From assembly GCA_050251755.1 (NCBI GenBank), contig JBFWME010000003.1, forward strand, positions 15,821 to 79,820: a stretch of 64,000 bases of DNA, written 5' to 3'. Source of the stretch: Lawsonibacter sp. (GTDB taxonomy: Bacteria > Bacillota > Clostridia > Oscillospirales > Oscillospiraceae). The position numbers were made by a program, and so were the translations under genes. Under the pieces are notes generated by a model. The model ran no database searches. It had not been told where the DNA came from and saw nothing but the letters and a program-made list of their open reading frames with translations. Positions 10,074-20,071 of the stretch are shown piece after piece (the stretch's first letter is position 1; every line of letters begins with the position of its first letter).

Positions 10074-11243
10074 TTGAAGCTGACCATCAACACCCCGGAG
10101 GGGACCCGGGACCGCCTGTTTGTCGAGTGCCAGGAGCGCCGCCAGGTCCAGTCCCGTCTGACCCGGCTGTTCCGCCAGCGGGGCTATTTAGAGGTATCCA
10201 CTCCGGATATTGAATATTACGATCTGTTTGCCCGGTCGGGCAGCGCCATTCCCCAGGAGCGTATGATCAAGGTGGGGGACCCAAGCGAAAAATTTTGTGT
10301 GATGCGCCCAGATTCCACTACGCCCATTGCCCGGGTTGCGGCTACGAAATTGTGCTCGGTCCCGCTGCCCCAGAGATTGTATTACGACCAGACGGTATAC
10401 CGCTTTAACCACGCCCACAACGGCGGAAGCCGGGAGATTCCCCAATGCGGAGTAGAGCTCATCGGGGCCAAGGGAATGAAGGCGGATCTGGAAATTATCG
10501 TCACCGCCATTGACGCTTTGCGCTCCTGCGGTGCGCCGCGGTTTCATGTGGAATTGGGCCACGCCGGATTTTTTCGGGATCTGGCCGGACAGCTGAAGCT
10601 GGAGGAAGATGACCTGGAGGAGATGCGCTCTCTGATTGAGGGGAAAAATTTTGCCGCGCTCAACGCCTTTTTGAAACCGTTCAACGGGCACCCCGCCAGC
10701 GTCGCCCTGAAACGGCTGTCCCGTCTGTTTGGCGGAACCGAAGTGCTCTGCGAGGCGGAGAAGCTGGCGGGCAAGACGGATGCCGTGGATTATCTGCGCG
10801 CGCTGTATGACGAGCTGTCGGTTGCCGGGTATGGCCAATATGTCCGCTTTGACCTGGGGATGGTCCACCAGATCGACTACTATACCGGCGTGGTCTTCCG
10901 CGGGTATGTAGAAGGGGCTGGAGAGGCAATTTTGTCCGGCGGCAGATATGACCACCTGGTGGAGGTCTTCGGCCGTGAGGCGCAGGCCACCGGTTTTGCC
11001 GTGGACGTGGACGCGGTTGCCCGGACCCTGCCCGAGACGGCGCTGCCCGCGCTGCGCTGCGTGGTCCACTATGAGCCGGGGTACCTGGCCCAAGCGCTGG
11101 AGGCGGTGGACAGCCGCCCGGCGGGCACCTGTGAATTGTCCCCCTGCCGCACGTTGGAGTCCAGCGTCAATCTGGCCCGGGACAAAGAGGCGGAGGCCGT
11201 CCTGGTCTTTGACAAAGACGGAGAGAGGATGGTGCTGGTATGA
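10074..11243 (+). CDS. hisZ: ATP phosphoribosyltransferase regulatory subunit
   Basis: HisRS-like TPEGTRD, MRPDSTTPIAR, DYYTGVVF, GGRYD; directly upstream of short hisG; TTG start after AAGGAG. Confidence 0.95.
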   Translation: MKLTINTPEGTRDRLFVECQERRQVQSRLTRLFRQRGYLEVSTPDIEYYDLFARSGSAIPQERMIKVGDPSEKFCVMRPDSTTPIARVAATKLCSVPLPQRLYYDQTVYRFNHAHNGGSREIPQCGVELIGAKGMKADLEIIVTAIDALRSCGAPRFHVELGHAGFFRDLAGQLKLEEDDLEEMRSLIEGKNFAALNAFLKPFNGHPASVALKRLSRLFGGTEVLCEAEKLAGKTDAVDYLRALYDELSVAGYGQYVRFDLGMVHQIDYYTGVVFRGYVEGAGEAILSGGRYDHLVEVFGREAQATGFAVDVDAVARTLPETALPALRCVVHYEPGYLAQALEAVDSRPAGTCELSPCRTLESSVNLARDKEAEAVLVFDKDGERMVLV

Positions 11244-11881
11244 GCGATCGTTTGCGGATTGCCATTACAAAGGGTAGACTTTTGGACAAGTCCATCGAGC
11301 TGTTTGAAAAGGCGGGCCTGGACTGCGGACCCATTAAAGATCCGGGGCGGCGCCTGATTCACGCCGTGCCCAACTATCCGATTGATGCGGTGCTGGCCAA
11401 GGCGTCCGACGTGATTACTTATGTGGAGCGCGGCGTATGCGACCTTGGAATTGTGGGCCGGGATACGATTCTGGAGAAGGGGGGCACTTTTTACGAGGTG
11501 CTGGACCTTGGCTTTGGACGGTGTCGGTTTGCTCTGGCGGTGAAAGAGGGAACTGATTTCTACGGTACCTATAAGACGCGCCGCATTGCGTCCAAATACC
11601 CGGAGGTCACCCGGGCCTTCTTTGCCAAGAAGGGAATGGACGTGGACATTATCAAAATTGAGGGCAGTGTGGAGCTGGCCCCCATTCTTGGCCTTACCGA
11701 CGCCATTGTGGACATCGTGGAAACGGGGGCCACGCTGAAGGCCAACGGTCTGGTGCCGATTGAGACGGTGGCTTCTGTGTCTGCCAGGCTCATCGTCAAC
11801 ACGGCCAGCATGAAACTTTATAAAAACCAGATCAGTGATTTTATTGCCAAATGTGAAGCGGAATTGGAGGGAACAAAATGA
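11240..11881 (+). CDS. hisG: ATP phosphoribosyltransferase, short form
   Basis: RIAITKGRL, GSVELAPILGLTDAIVDIVETGATLKANGL; 213 aa. Confidence 0.97.
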   Translation: MSDRLRIAITKGRLLDKSIELFEKAGLDCGPIKDPGRRLIHAVPNYPIDAVLAKASDVITYVERGVCDLGIVGRDTILEKGGTFYEVLDLGFGRCRFALAVKEGTDFYGTYKTRRIASKYPEVTRAFFAKKGMDVDIIKIEGSVELAPILGLTDAIVDIVETGATLKANGLVPIETVASVSARLIVNTASMKLYKNQISDFIAKCEAELEGTK

Positions 11882-13155
11882 TCTTAATCGTGAAGGCGGA
11901 TGGCGTTGCGGAACAGAGACAACTGGAGGCCATGCGCACCCGTGCGGCCAAGAAGAACGAGGACATTGAGCGCCTCGTCCGCTCCGTGATTGAGAATGTG
12001 CGGGAGACCGGGTTCGAGGCCGTGCGCAAATATTCCATTGGGTACGATCACAGCGAGCCCTATGAGATCCCGCAGGAGCGGCTGGAGGAAGCCTATCGGA
12101 CCTGTCCGGCTGAACTGATTGCAGCGCTGGAGCACGCGGCCCGAAACATTCGGGATTACAACGAAAAGCTGTTGGCCAAGACGGTAGAGTGGACCTCCCC
12201 CGACGGCGGCACCGTGGGCCGTGTGGTCCGGGGGCTGACCAGAGTGGGTATCTACGTTCCCGGTGGTACCGCCGCTTATCCCAGCAGCGTGCTGATGAAT
12301 GCCATCCCCGCCAGAGTGGCCGGAGTGGAGGAGATCGTCATGGTCACGCCCCCCACCGAGCATCTTAGCGACGGGGTGCTGGCCGCCGCCAAAATTGCCG
12401 GGGTGGACCGGGTGATTGCGGTGGGCGGAGCCCAGGCGGTAGCCGCGTTGACCTTTGGGGCTGGCTTTATTCCACGGGTAGATAAGCTGGTTGGGCCGGG
12501 CAACGCCTTTGTGGCCACCGCCAAGCGGCTGGTTTATGGCTCTCTGGACATTGATATGGTGGCCGGGCCCTCCGAGGTGCTGGTGATTGCAGACCAGACC
12601 GCCGACCCCAAGTACATCGCTGCCGATCTGCTCAGCCAGGCGGAGCACGACAAGCTGGCGTCCGCCGTTTTGCTGACCGATTCCATAGAGCTGGCACAGG
12701 CGGTAGACCGGGAAATTGTTCGTCAGCTGGGCTATCTGGAACGCTCTGACATCATGGAAGCCTCGCTGAACGACTTCGGCGGGATCATCGTCTGTGAGAA
12801 TTTGAGTCAGTGTGTGGCCCTGGCAAATGAGATTGCCCCGGAGCACCTGGAAATCGTGACCGAGGATCCGCGGGCTCTGCTGCCCATGGTGAAGAATGCC
12901 GGGGCGGTCTTCCTGGGCGCCTACACGCCGGAGCCCCTGGGAGATTATTTGGCCGGACCGGATCACGTGCTTCCCACCAGCGGAACCGCCCGGTTCTTCT
13001 CGCCCCTCAGTGTGGACTCGTTCCTGAAGACCATGAGTGTGGTGGAATTTGATCGGGCCTCCTTAGAGCCCATTTCCCAGAAAATCATTACCCTGGCTGA
13101 GGCGGAAAAACTGACCGCTCATGCCAATTCCATCCGCGTGAGATTCGGCGGCTGA
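11878..13155 (+). CDS. hisD: histidinol dehydrogenase
   Basis: GIYVPGG, GPGNAFV, DMVAGPSE, QAEHD, APEHLE. Confidence 0.97.
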   Translation: MILIVKADGVAEQRQLEAMRTRAAKKNEDIERLVRSVIENVRETGFEAVRKYSIGYDHSEPYEIPQERLEEAYRTCPAELIAALEHAARNIRDYNEKLLAKTVEWTSPDGGTVGRVVRGLTRVGIYVPGGTAAYPSSVLMNAIPARVAGVEEIVMVTPPTEHLSDGVLAAAKIAGVDRVIAVGGAQAVAALTFGAGFIPRVDKLVGPGNAFVATAKRLVYGSLDIDMVAGPSEVLVIADQTADPKYIAADLLSQAEHDKLASAVLLTDSIELAQAVDREIVRQLGYLERSDIMEASLNDFGGIIVCENLSQCVALANEIAPEHLEIVTEDPRALLPMVKNAGAVFLGAYTPEPLGDYLAGPDHVLPTSGTARFFSPLSVDSFLKTMSVVEFDRASLEPISQKIITLAEAEKLTAHANSIRVRFGG

Positions 13156-13206
13156 TCGGCTTAGGCAAAAGGCGTAGTACATCTGTTCGATGCGTGGAGG
13201 CTTGTT

Positions 13207-14076
13207 ATGAAGGAAAAACCGCCTGACGATCCCCATGGACTGAGAACAAAAAAGCGATCTGCCCTGCGGCTGCGGCTGGGAACGACCTGGTTTTCTATCC
13301 GGCGGTATGCACTTTGGATGTCGGGCCGGTATGACTGGGCCTCCCAGAGGCAGAGAGACTGCCTGCCTTGTCTCCATATGGCCCACCACACCCCCTTGAT
13401 GCGGAACCTGAGTAATGTGGAGATGGTCTATCAGCGTAACAAGGTGACTAATTTAAGGCTGGCCGTAGACAGACTGGATGGCTTGGTCTTACAGCCAGGC
13501 GGGGTGTTCAGCTATTGGAAACGGATCGGCAGACCGACCTACCGCAAGGGCTATCTGGATGGCATGATCCTCAAGGGCGGCAGGGTATGTTACGGCTGCG
13601 GCGGCGGGCTATGCCAGCTGTCCAACCTGATTTTCTAGATGACCCTTCATACGCCTCTTGAGGTGATCGAGCGACACCGCCATGGCTACGACGTTTTTGC
13701 AGATTCCAACCGCACACAGCCCTTTGGCAGTGGAGCCACCTGCTTTTATCCCTATGGTGACTTAATGATCCGAAACCCAACAGGAGATCCCTTTCAGCTC
13801 TGTCTGAGCGTGGGAGAGGAGGAGTTGGAGGGCGAGTGGCGGTCTGTTGCTCCTCCTGACCGCTGCTACCGGATCGTGGAACGTGGACACGAGATGCGCC
13901 ACGAGTGGTGGGGCGGGTGCAGCCGGCACAATAAGCTGTACCGTCAGACCTATACCCCGGAAGGGGAACTGCTGGGGGAGGAGCTGATGGTGGAGAACCA
14001 TGCGATGATGATGTACCAGCCGTTTTTAGAGGAGCAAGCTCAGCCAGAGGCTTCTGGGAAACCAGAGTTCAAATAG
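13207..14076 (+). pseudogene. VanW-family protein interrupted by a single in-frame TAG (13636-13638)
   Basis: Two consecutive same-frame ORFs join as GGGLCQLSNLIF*MTLHTPLEVIERHRH; VanW proteins have ...LSNL(I/L)(Y/F)WM.LHTPL, so the stop sits at the Trp codon; GGAGG RBS before 13207. Confidence 0.85.
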
Positions 14077-14101
14077 AGTTCAAATAAGGAGGACCTGTCC
14101 C

Positions 14102-14677
14102 ATGCGCACTGCATTCATTCGCCGCACCACCAAGGAGACTGACGTGGATTTGAAGTTGTCTCTGGACGGAGGCGCGGTAACGATTTCCACCGGAATTGGA
14201 TTTTTTGACCATATGCTTACCGCCCTGGCCTTTTATGCAGGGTGGGGGCTGGAGCTGACGGTCAAGGGAGATCTGGAGGTGGACGGACACCACACGGTGG
14301 AGGACACCGGAATCGTCCTGGGCCAGGCGCTGAAGGAGGCACTGGGAGACCGAAGGGGCATCCGCCGCTTCGGCTCGGCCTTTGTCCCCATGGACGAGGC
14401 GCTGTGTTTCACGGCCCTGGATTTTTCCAACCGGCCCTTTCTGGTCTTTGACGCGGATATGCCCCAGCCCATGATTGGGGAATACGACGCCTGTCTGACC
14501 GTGGAATTTATGCGGGCGCTGGCCATGAACGCCGGGTTGACCCTTCACCAAAAGTGCCACTACGGCGCAAACGCCCACCACATCACGGAGGGCCTGTTTA
14601 AATCCTTGGGGCGGGCCGTGAAGGAGGCCGTGGAGGCAGAGGGAACCGGTGTGGTCTCCACCAAGGGCGTTCTTTAA
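14102..14677 (+). CDS. hisB: imidazoleglycerol-phosphate dehydratase (monofunctional)
   Basis: RTTKETD, TGIGFFDHML, HHTVED, NAHHITEGLFK. Confidence 0.97.
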   Translation: MRTAFIRRTTKETDVDLKLSLDGGAVTISTGIGFFDHMLTALAFYAGWGLELTVKGDLEVDGHHTVEDTGIVLGQALKEALGDRRGIRRFGSAFVPMDEALCFTALDFSNRPFLVFDADMPQPMIGEYDACLTVEFMRALAMNAGLTLHQKCHYGANAHHITEGLFKSLGRAVKEAVEAEGTGVVSTKGVL

Positions 14678-14742
14678 GCATTGGAACGGGACCACAGTGC
14701 TGTGGCTACATATCAGGGGCTGTTTCGGAAATCCTATGGTTG

Positions 14743-14779
14743 CATGTTCCAGCCATACAGAACGTATGGCTGGAACATG
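14743..14779. repeat. perfect 16-bp inverted repeat, 5-nt loop, in hisB-hisH spacer
   Basis: CATGTTCCAGCCATAC-AGAAC-GTATGGCTGGAACATG. Confidence 0.9.
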
Positions 14780-14922
14780 TTCTTCCCTGACCACAGCCGC
14801 TCATCAAGTTCCTGTTCCAAAAATTTTTGCGTTACCGGATGTCACCTTAAGAAAAATTTAACGTCAAAAGAGACAGTGGCTCCCGCCGCTGCTCTTGACG
14901 GATGTGTCAGGAAGTGGTACAA

Positions 14923-15534
14923 ATGGGGAGATACATCGCCGTGATTGACTATGGCGTGGGCAATCTGAAAAGCGTGTCCAATGCCTTTGCATATCTGGGC
15001 GAAGCTACAAAAATTACCCGTGATCCCGAAGAATTGGAGATGGCCGACGCTGTCATTTTGCCCGGCGTGGGGGCGTTTCCCGACGCGGCGGACAAGCTGC
15101 GCGCCTCCGGTCTGGATCGGATTGTACTGGAGCAGGGGAACCGAAAGCCCGTGCTGGGGATTTGCTTGGGGATGCAGCTGCTGCTGGAGCGGGGGGAGGA
15201 AATCCGTCCCTGCGCCGGCCTGAGTGCAGTTCGGGGCTGTGTGGCCCGCATTCCCACTGAGCTGAAGCTGCCCCACATAGGCTGGAACGGTTTGTCCTTC
15301 TACCACGACTCTCCCTTGTTTCGGGGGCTTGAGGACGGGGTGGCCGTCTATTTTGTTCACTCCTTCTCCGCCCAGAGTACCGATCCAAGTCAGGTGATCG
15401 CCATGACCGACTACGGCCTTCCGGTGACTGCCGCGGTACAGAACGGGAATTTTTATGGCTGCCAGTTTCACCCGGAAAAAAGCGGGGAGAGTGGCCTTGT
15501 CATTCTGCGTAACTTTGCGTCTTTGAACCGCTGA
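14923..15534 (+). CDS. hisH: imidazole glycerol phosphate synthase glutamine amidotransferase subunit
   Basis: IDYGVGN, LGICLGMQLL, QFHPEKSG. Confidence 0.97.
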   Translation: MGRYIAVIDYGVGNLKSVSNAFAYLGEATKITRDPEELEMADAVILPGVGAFPDAADKLRASGLDRIVLEQGNRKPVLGICLGMQLLLERGEEIRPCAGLSAVRGCVARIPTELKLPHIGWNGLSFYHDSPLFRGLEDGVAVYFVHSFSAQSTDPSQVIAMTDYGLPVTAAVQNGNFYGCQFHPEKSGESGLVILRNFASLNR

Positions 15535-15605
15535 TCTGCACCGGTTCTTTGGGTAAGCGGGTTGGCAGAACCAAAGAACGATGCAGAGACAACGGAGGTA
15601 GATTC

Positions 15606-17723
15606 ATGCGTTCCAATGCCTACAACGGCAAACGTGTTTCCGGCGGCCGCGAAGGGACTCGACTGTCCCATACGCTGGGTCGGGTGCTGTTTTTCCCAGT
15701 TCTGTTTCTTTACCTGGAATTTGTGCTTCATCTTTCTATGGGCACCGCTTTGGGCTATGCACCAATTTATATTTTGTTCAGTGTGGCGGCTGGCCTTCTG
15801 TTTTCCGCGCTGACCCAGCCTTTTCCAAGACGGGTCAACCGGGTTCTGACCAAGATGTTTGCGCTGGTGATCTCTCTAATTTATGTGGTGGAGATGATCG
15901 CCAAAAAGATTCTCCAGTCTTACTATCCGCTGAGTACCCTGGGAACAGCGGCGGGCAACCGGCTGACCGACTACGCCGATGTCATCGCCTCAACCGTATT
16001 GCGCAGCAGCCCCATGATTCTGATCCTATTTTTGCCTGCCATTCTGCTTTTCTTGTTTGGAAGACGGGTGATTGGATTTGAGCGGTTTGACGTCCGCTTT
16101 TCTGGCCTTATTCTGGTGGCGGCAGTGGTGGTTCATCTTCTTGGCCTGGGGGCGATCGGCCTGCCATGGAAGGGCGATCTGACCCCGAAGCAGCTGTATC
16201 AGATGGATACCAACATCGACGATCAGGTGGAGCAGCTGGGTCTGTGGACCATGCTGCGCCTGGATCTCAAGCATATGATTCTCCCGGTGAAGAACGACCT
16301 GGCTGCCGACTTTACCGGGATTGGCGAATTGGGAGATGGCTCTTCCGACCCCGCCGGCAGCGGAGCGGCTTCCTCCGGGGACGCCTCGGAGGATGACCCG
16401 GGTCCGGTCATCGATACCTCACCCAATGTGATGGATGTGGACCTGTCTAAACTTGCGGAGGAGGCCCCCAACGACGACATCAAGTGGCTGTGCAACTATT
16501 TCAACAGCGTTACTCCCACAAAAAAGAACGAGTACACCGGTATGTTTCAGGGATACAATGTGATTCAGCTGGTCATAGAAGGATTTTCCGGTTATGTGAT
16601 CGACCCGGAACTGACCCCGACCTTGTATAAACTGACACATGAGGGCTTTGTGTTCCATAATTTTTACACGGCGCTGCACTACACCAGCACCTCGAACGGT
16701 GAGTGCCAGACCCTTTTGGGCCTGTATCCCAAGAACGGGAATCCTATCACTATGAAGCGCACCGGGGAGCTGGGCACCAACTGCTACTTCTCGCTGGCCC
16801 AGCAACTGGGCAGGGAGGGCTATGAGGTAAAGGGCTACCACGGCAATTATGATATGTACGGCCGCCTGGCGTCCCATACTAATTTGGGCTATGACTTTAA
16901 GCAGTACCAGTCTGGGCTGGATCTGGAGATGAGTTCCAGCGGCAAGCTTTTGTGGCCTCAGCGGGATTCCTATGTGGTGGAATCCAGTGTGGACGACTAT
17001 ATCAACAGCGATCAGCCCTTCCACGTCTACTATATGACCATCAGCGGGCACATGCCTTACTCCAACAACCGGATTGTGCAGCCCTATCTGGATACGGTCC
17101 GCGCCTTGCCCTACAGTGAGACCACCCAAAATTATATTGCCACCGCCATGGAAGTGGACAAGTCGCTCAAAATTCTGCTGGACAAGCTGGAGGCGGCCGG
17201 AAAGCTGGACAAGACCCTGATTGTGGCCACCGGTGATCACATCCCATATTTTAACGTAGATACCCTGGAGGAACTGTCCGGAAAGAAATTTGGCAGCTCC
17301 GACGATTTGGAAAAATTAAAGGAATCCAACATTGACTTTGACGTTTACAAGAATTCCCTGATCCTATGGTCCGCCAGCATGGAACAGCCGGTGGATGTGG
17401 ACAAGGTCTGTTGCCAGGTGGACATCCTGCCCACCATCTCCAATCTTTTGGGGTTGCCGTATGACTCCCGGATGCTGGCAGGCAGCGATATTCTCTCCGA
17501 CAGCGAGGGCCTGGTGATCTTTACCTCGCGGAGCTGGAAGTCGGACAAGGGCTTCTATAACCGCTATACCCAGGAATTCACTCCGGCCGAAGGGGTCAGC
17601 ATGACCGCTGAGGAGCAGGAGTCCTATGTGGCCGCCATGAAAAAGTTGGTGGGCTATAAGTTGGACAGCACCCCCCTGATTATCGAGAATAATTTTTACG
17701 ATTATGTGTTCGGTAACGGATAA
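15606..17723 (+). CDS. LTA synthase family / alkaline-phosphatase-superfamily membrane protein
   Basis: N-terminal TM helices, Ser/Gly/Asp-rich linker, then LtaS-like motifs LVIEGF, YTSTSNGE, YHGN, TISGHMPY, TGDHIPY; ATG after GGAGGT. Confidence 0.85.
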   Translation: MRSNAYNGKRVSGGREGTRLSHTLGRVLFFPVLFLYLEFVLHLSMGTALGYAPIYILFSVAAGLLFSALTQPFPRRVNRVLTKMFALVISLIYVVEMIAKKILQSYYPLSTLGTAAGNRLTDYADVIASTVLRSSPMILILFLPAILLFLFGRRVIGFERFDVRFSGLILVAAVVVHLLGLGAIGLPWKGDLTPKQLYQMDTNIDDQVEQLGLWTMLRLDLKHMILPVKNDLAADFTGIGELGDGSSDPAGSGAASSGDASEDDPGPVIDTSPNVMDVDLSKLAEEAPNDDIKWLCNYFNSVTPTKKNEYTGMFQGYNVIQLVIEGFSGYVIDPELTPTLYKLTHEGFVFHNFYTALHYTSTSNGECQTLLGLYPKNGNPITMKRTGELGTNCYFSLAQQLGREGYEVKGYHGNYDMYGRLASHTNLGYDFKQYQSGLDLEMSSSGKLLWPQRDSYVVESSVDDYINSDQPFHVYYMTISGHMPYSNNRIVQPYLDTVRALPYSETTQNYIATAMEVDKSLKILLDKLEAAGKLDKTLIVATGDHIPYFNVDTLEELSGKKFGSSDDLEKLKESNIDFDVYKNSLILWSASMEQPVDVDKVCCQVDILPTISNLLGLPYDSRMLAGSDILSDSEGLVIFTSRSWKSDKGFYNRYTQEFTPAEGVSMTAEEQESYVAAMKKLVGYKLDSTPLIIENNFYDYVFGNG

Positions 17724-17726
17724 GCT

Positions 17727-17755
17727 AAGGGCGGGACATCCGGTCCCGCCCTTTC
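17727..17755 (+). terminator. terminator-like hairpin between LTA-synthase gene and hisA
   Basis: AAGGGCGGGAC-ATCCG-GTCCCGCCCTT, followed by a short T tail. Confidence 0.5.
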
Positions 17756-17795
17756 TGATCAACATGCCGTGCCAAAACCAGAACGGAGGACTTCT

Positions 17796-18515
17796 ATGAT
17801 CATTCTCCCTGCCATTGATTTAAAGGATGGTAAGGTTGTAAGACTTTACAAAGGTGACTTTGATACCGTCCATCAGGTGGCCGACGATCCGGTCAAAACA
17901 GCCACAGCGTTTTACGAGGCCGGGGCCCGCTGGATCCACATGGTGGATCTGGACGGGGCGAAAGACGGAACGCGAAAAAACGGCGCCATCGTTCAGGCGG
18001 TGGCGCAGGTGGGACTGAACATCGAGCTGGGAGGTGGGATCCGGTGCATGGAAGACCTGGAAGCGGTGTTTGATTTGGGTGTGACCCGGGCGGTGATTGG
18101 ATCCGCCGCGGTCAGCCATCCGGAGCTGGTTCGGGCTGCTGCAGAGCGCTATGGAGAACGCATTGCCGTTGGCATCGATACCAAGGACGGCAAGGTCAAG
18201 ACGGCCGGCTGGGTGCAGGATTCCGGGCTGGACTATTTGGAATTTGCCAAATCCATCGAAGCAATGTCTGTAAAGACTATTATCTTTACAGACATTGAAA
18301 CAGATGGGACGCTATCCGGTCCAAGCTTTAACCGACTGGGGGCGCTGCAGCAGGTGGTATCCTGTCAGATCGTGGCCTCGGGAGGGGTATCCAATAACCT
18401 GAATATCCAGAAGCTGGAAGCCATGGGCCTGTATGGCGCGATCATTGGGAAAGCCTACTATGCCGGAACCATTGACCTGGCTCAGGCGGTGGCGGACGGA
18501 GGAGCCCAGGAATAA
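17796..18515 (+). CDS. hisA: ProFAR isomerase
   Basis: [29 protein letters not shown]; ATG after GGAGG. Confidence 0.96.
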   Translation: MIILPAIDLKDGKVVRLYKGDFDTVHQVADDPVKTATAFYEAGARWIHMVDLDGAKDGTRKNGAIVQAVAQVGLNIELGGGIRCMEDLEAVFDLGVTRAVIGSAAVSHPELVRAAAERYGERIAVGIDTKDGKVKTAGWVQDSGLDYLEFAKSIEAMSVKTIIFTDIETDGTLSGPSFNRLGALQQVVSCQIVASGGVSNNLNIQKLEAMGLYGAIIGKAYYAGTIDLAQAVADGGAQE

Positions 18516-18568
18516 CGGATACACGGACGGAAGATGGAATCCGTCCCTATGGAAAGGTGTTGGTTGTT

Positions 18569-19324
18569 ATGCTGGCCAAACGCATCATCCCCTGTTTGGA
18601 CGTCCGGGACGGCCGGGTGGTCAAGGGAGTTAATTTTGTCAACATCCGGGACGCGGGCGACCCGGTGGAACTGGCTAAGTTCTATTCGGATCAAGGTGCG
18701 GACGAGATTGTGTTTCTGGACATTACCGCCACCAGCGACGTACGGGATACGGTTGCCGACGTGGTGGAGCGCACGGCGTCTCAGGTGTTTGTTCCTCTGA
18801 CGGTGGGGGGTGGAATTCGCACTCTGGAGGATTTTCAAAAGCTCCTCCGGGCTGGTGCGGATAAGATTTCGGTCAACTCCGCCGCCGTCAAGGATCCGAC
18901 CCTGATTTCCAGGGCTTCGGAGCGTTTCGGCGCACAGTGCGTCGTGCTGGCGATTGACGCCAGACGGCGCCCGGACGGGACCTATGAGGTGGTGACGGCC
19001 GGAGGGCGCACGCCCACCGGTCTGGACGCCGTAGAGTGGGCCAAGCAGGGAGAAACGTTGGGCGCGGGGGAGATTCTGCTTACCTCCATGGATGCCGATG
19101 GCACCAAGGCGGGCTTTGATTTGGAGATGACAAAGGCCATTACCCAGGCCGTATCCATCCCGGTCATTGCGTCTGGAGGATGCGGAAGCCTGGAGCATTT
19201 TGCCCAGGTGTTTGAGGTAACCGGCTGTGACGCGGCGCTGGCCGCATCCCTGTTCCACTTCGGGGAGCTGACGGTGCCTCAGGTAAAGGATTTTCTCCAT
19301 AAGCGGAATATTCCGGTGAGGTAA
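18569..19324 (+). CDS. hisF: imidazole glycerol phosphate synthase cyclase subunit
   Basis: [30 protein letters not shown]. Confidence 0.97.
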   Translation: MLAKRIIPCLDVRDGRVVKGVNFVNIRDAGDPVELAKFYSDQGADEIVFLDITATSDVRDTVADVVERTASQVFVPLTVGGGIRTLEDFQKLLRAGADKISVNSAAVKDPTLISRASERFGAQCVVLAIDARRRPDGTYEVVTAGGRTPTGLDAVEWAKQGETLGAGEILLTSMDADGTKAGFDLEMTKAITQAVSIPVIASGGCGSLEHFAQVFEVTGCDAALAASLFHFGELTVPQVKDFLHKRNIPVR

Positions 19325-19329
19325 GCGAT

Positions 19330-19650
19330 ATGTTTAATATTGATGAATTCTTTCAAAAATCAGATTTGATCCCGGTGGTGATCCAGCACGCGGAGACAAA
19401 GGATGTCCTGATGGTCGGCTTTACCAATCGGCGGGCTGTGGAGCTGACATTGGAGACCAAAACAGCCTGGTTCTGGAGCCGCAGCCGCCAGGAATTGTGG
19501 AACAAAGGCGCCACATCCGGAAATTATCTCCATGTTCAGAGAATCCTCGCGGACTGTGATATGGACACGCTGCTTTATTTCTGCCTCCCCGACGGGCCGA
19601 CCTGCCATACCGGAGCGCCCAGTTGCTTTTTCAATGACATTGCGTTATAA
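19330..19650 (+). CDS. hisI: phosphoribosyl-AMP cyclohydrolase
   Basis: WSRSRQELWNKGATSGN, DCDMDTLL, TCHTGAPSCF. Confidence 0.95.
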   Translation: MFNIDEFFQKSDLIPVVIQHAETKDVLMVGFTNRRAVELTLETKTAWFWSRSRQELWNKGATSGNYLHVQRILADCDMDTLLYFCLPDGPTCHTGAPSCFFNDIAL

Positions 19651-19716
19651 TCGTCAGGAATACAGAATGGTTCTGTCAGCCTGGGACAAACTGAGTTTGA
19701 GAATGGAGCGATACCC

Positions 19717-20043
19717 ATGAATGACACGATGCAGAAGCTTTATCAGGTGGTGCAAAGCCGGAAGGCCGAGCCTCAGGAGGGCTCCTACACCTGTTATCTG
19801 TTCAGCAAGGGGCTGGATAAGATTTTAAAAAAGGTGGGCGAGGAGTGCTCGGAAACCATCATTGCCGCGAAGAACGGCGTTCCGGAGGATACGGTGGGAG
19901 AGATCTCCGACCTGCTGTATCATTTGACCGTCATGATGGTGCAGCAAGGCATTCCGCTGGAAGCGGTGATGGAGGAGTTAGATCGCCGCAGCGCCAAAAT
20001 CGGCAATCTGAAACAAGTTCACGCCAGCGACCACAATACCTGA
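19717..20043 (+). CDS. hisE: phosphoribosyl-ATP pyrophosphatase
   Basis: SYTCYLFSKGLDKILKKVGEECSE, EISDLLYHL. Confidence 0.95.
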   Translation: MNDTMQKLYQVVQSRKAEPQEGSYTCYLFSKGLDKILKKVGEECSETIIAAKNGVPEDTVGEISDLLYHLTVMMVQQGIPLEAVMEELDRRSAKIGNLKQVHASDHNT

Positions 20044-20071
20044 GGCCGCGGCTTGGAAAGGAGTGTTTGAT

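Noticed and set aside
13176-13189. LexA-like AGTACATCTGTTCG upstream of vanW
   Set aside because: No promoter is visible next to it and a degenerate 14-mer of this quality is expected by chance; kept out pending a genome-specific motif
13636-13638. Pyrrolysine recoding of the vanW amber codon
   Set aside because: No pyl genes in the window, and the position aligns with Trp (TGG), one substitution from TAG; nonsense mutation or sequencing error is simpler
14773-14782. GAACATGTTC as SOS box
   Set aside because: Half-site spacing is 2 nt, not the required 4
14681-14944. 87-aa ORF in hisB-hisH spacer
   Set aside because: No RBS, runs through the palindrome and into hisH out of frame, no recognisable protein features
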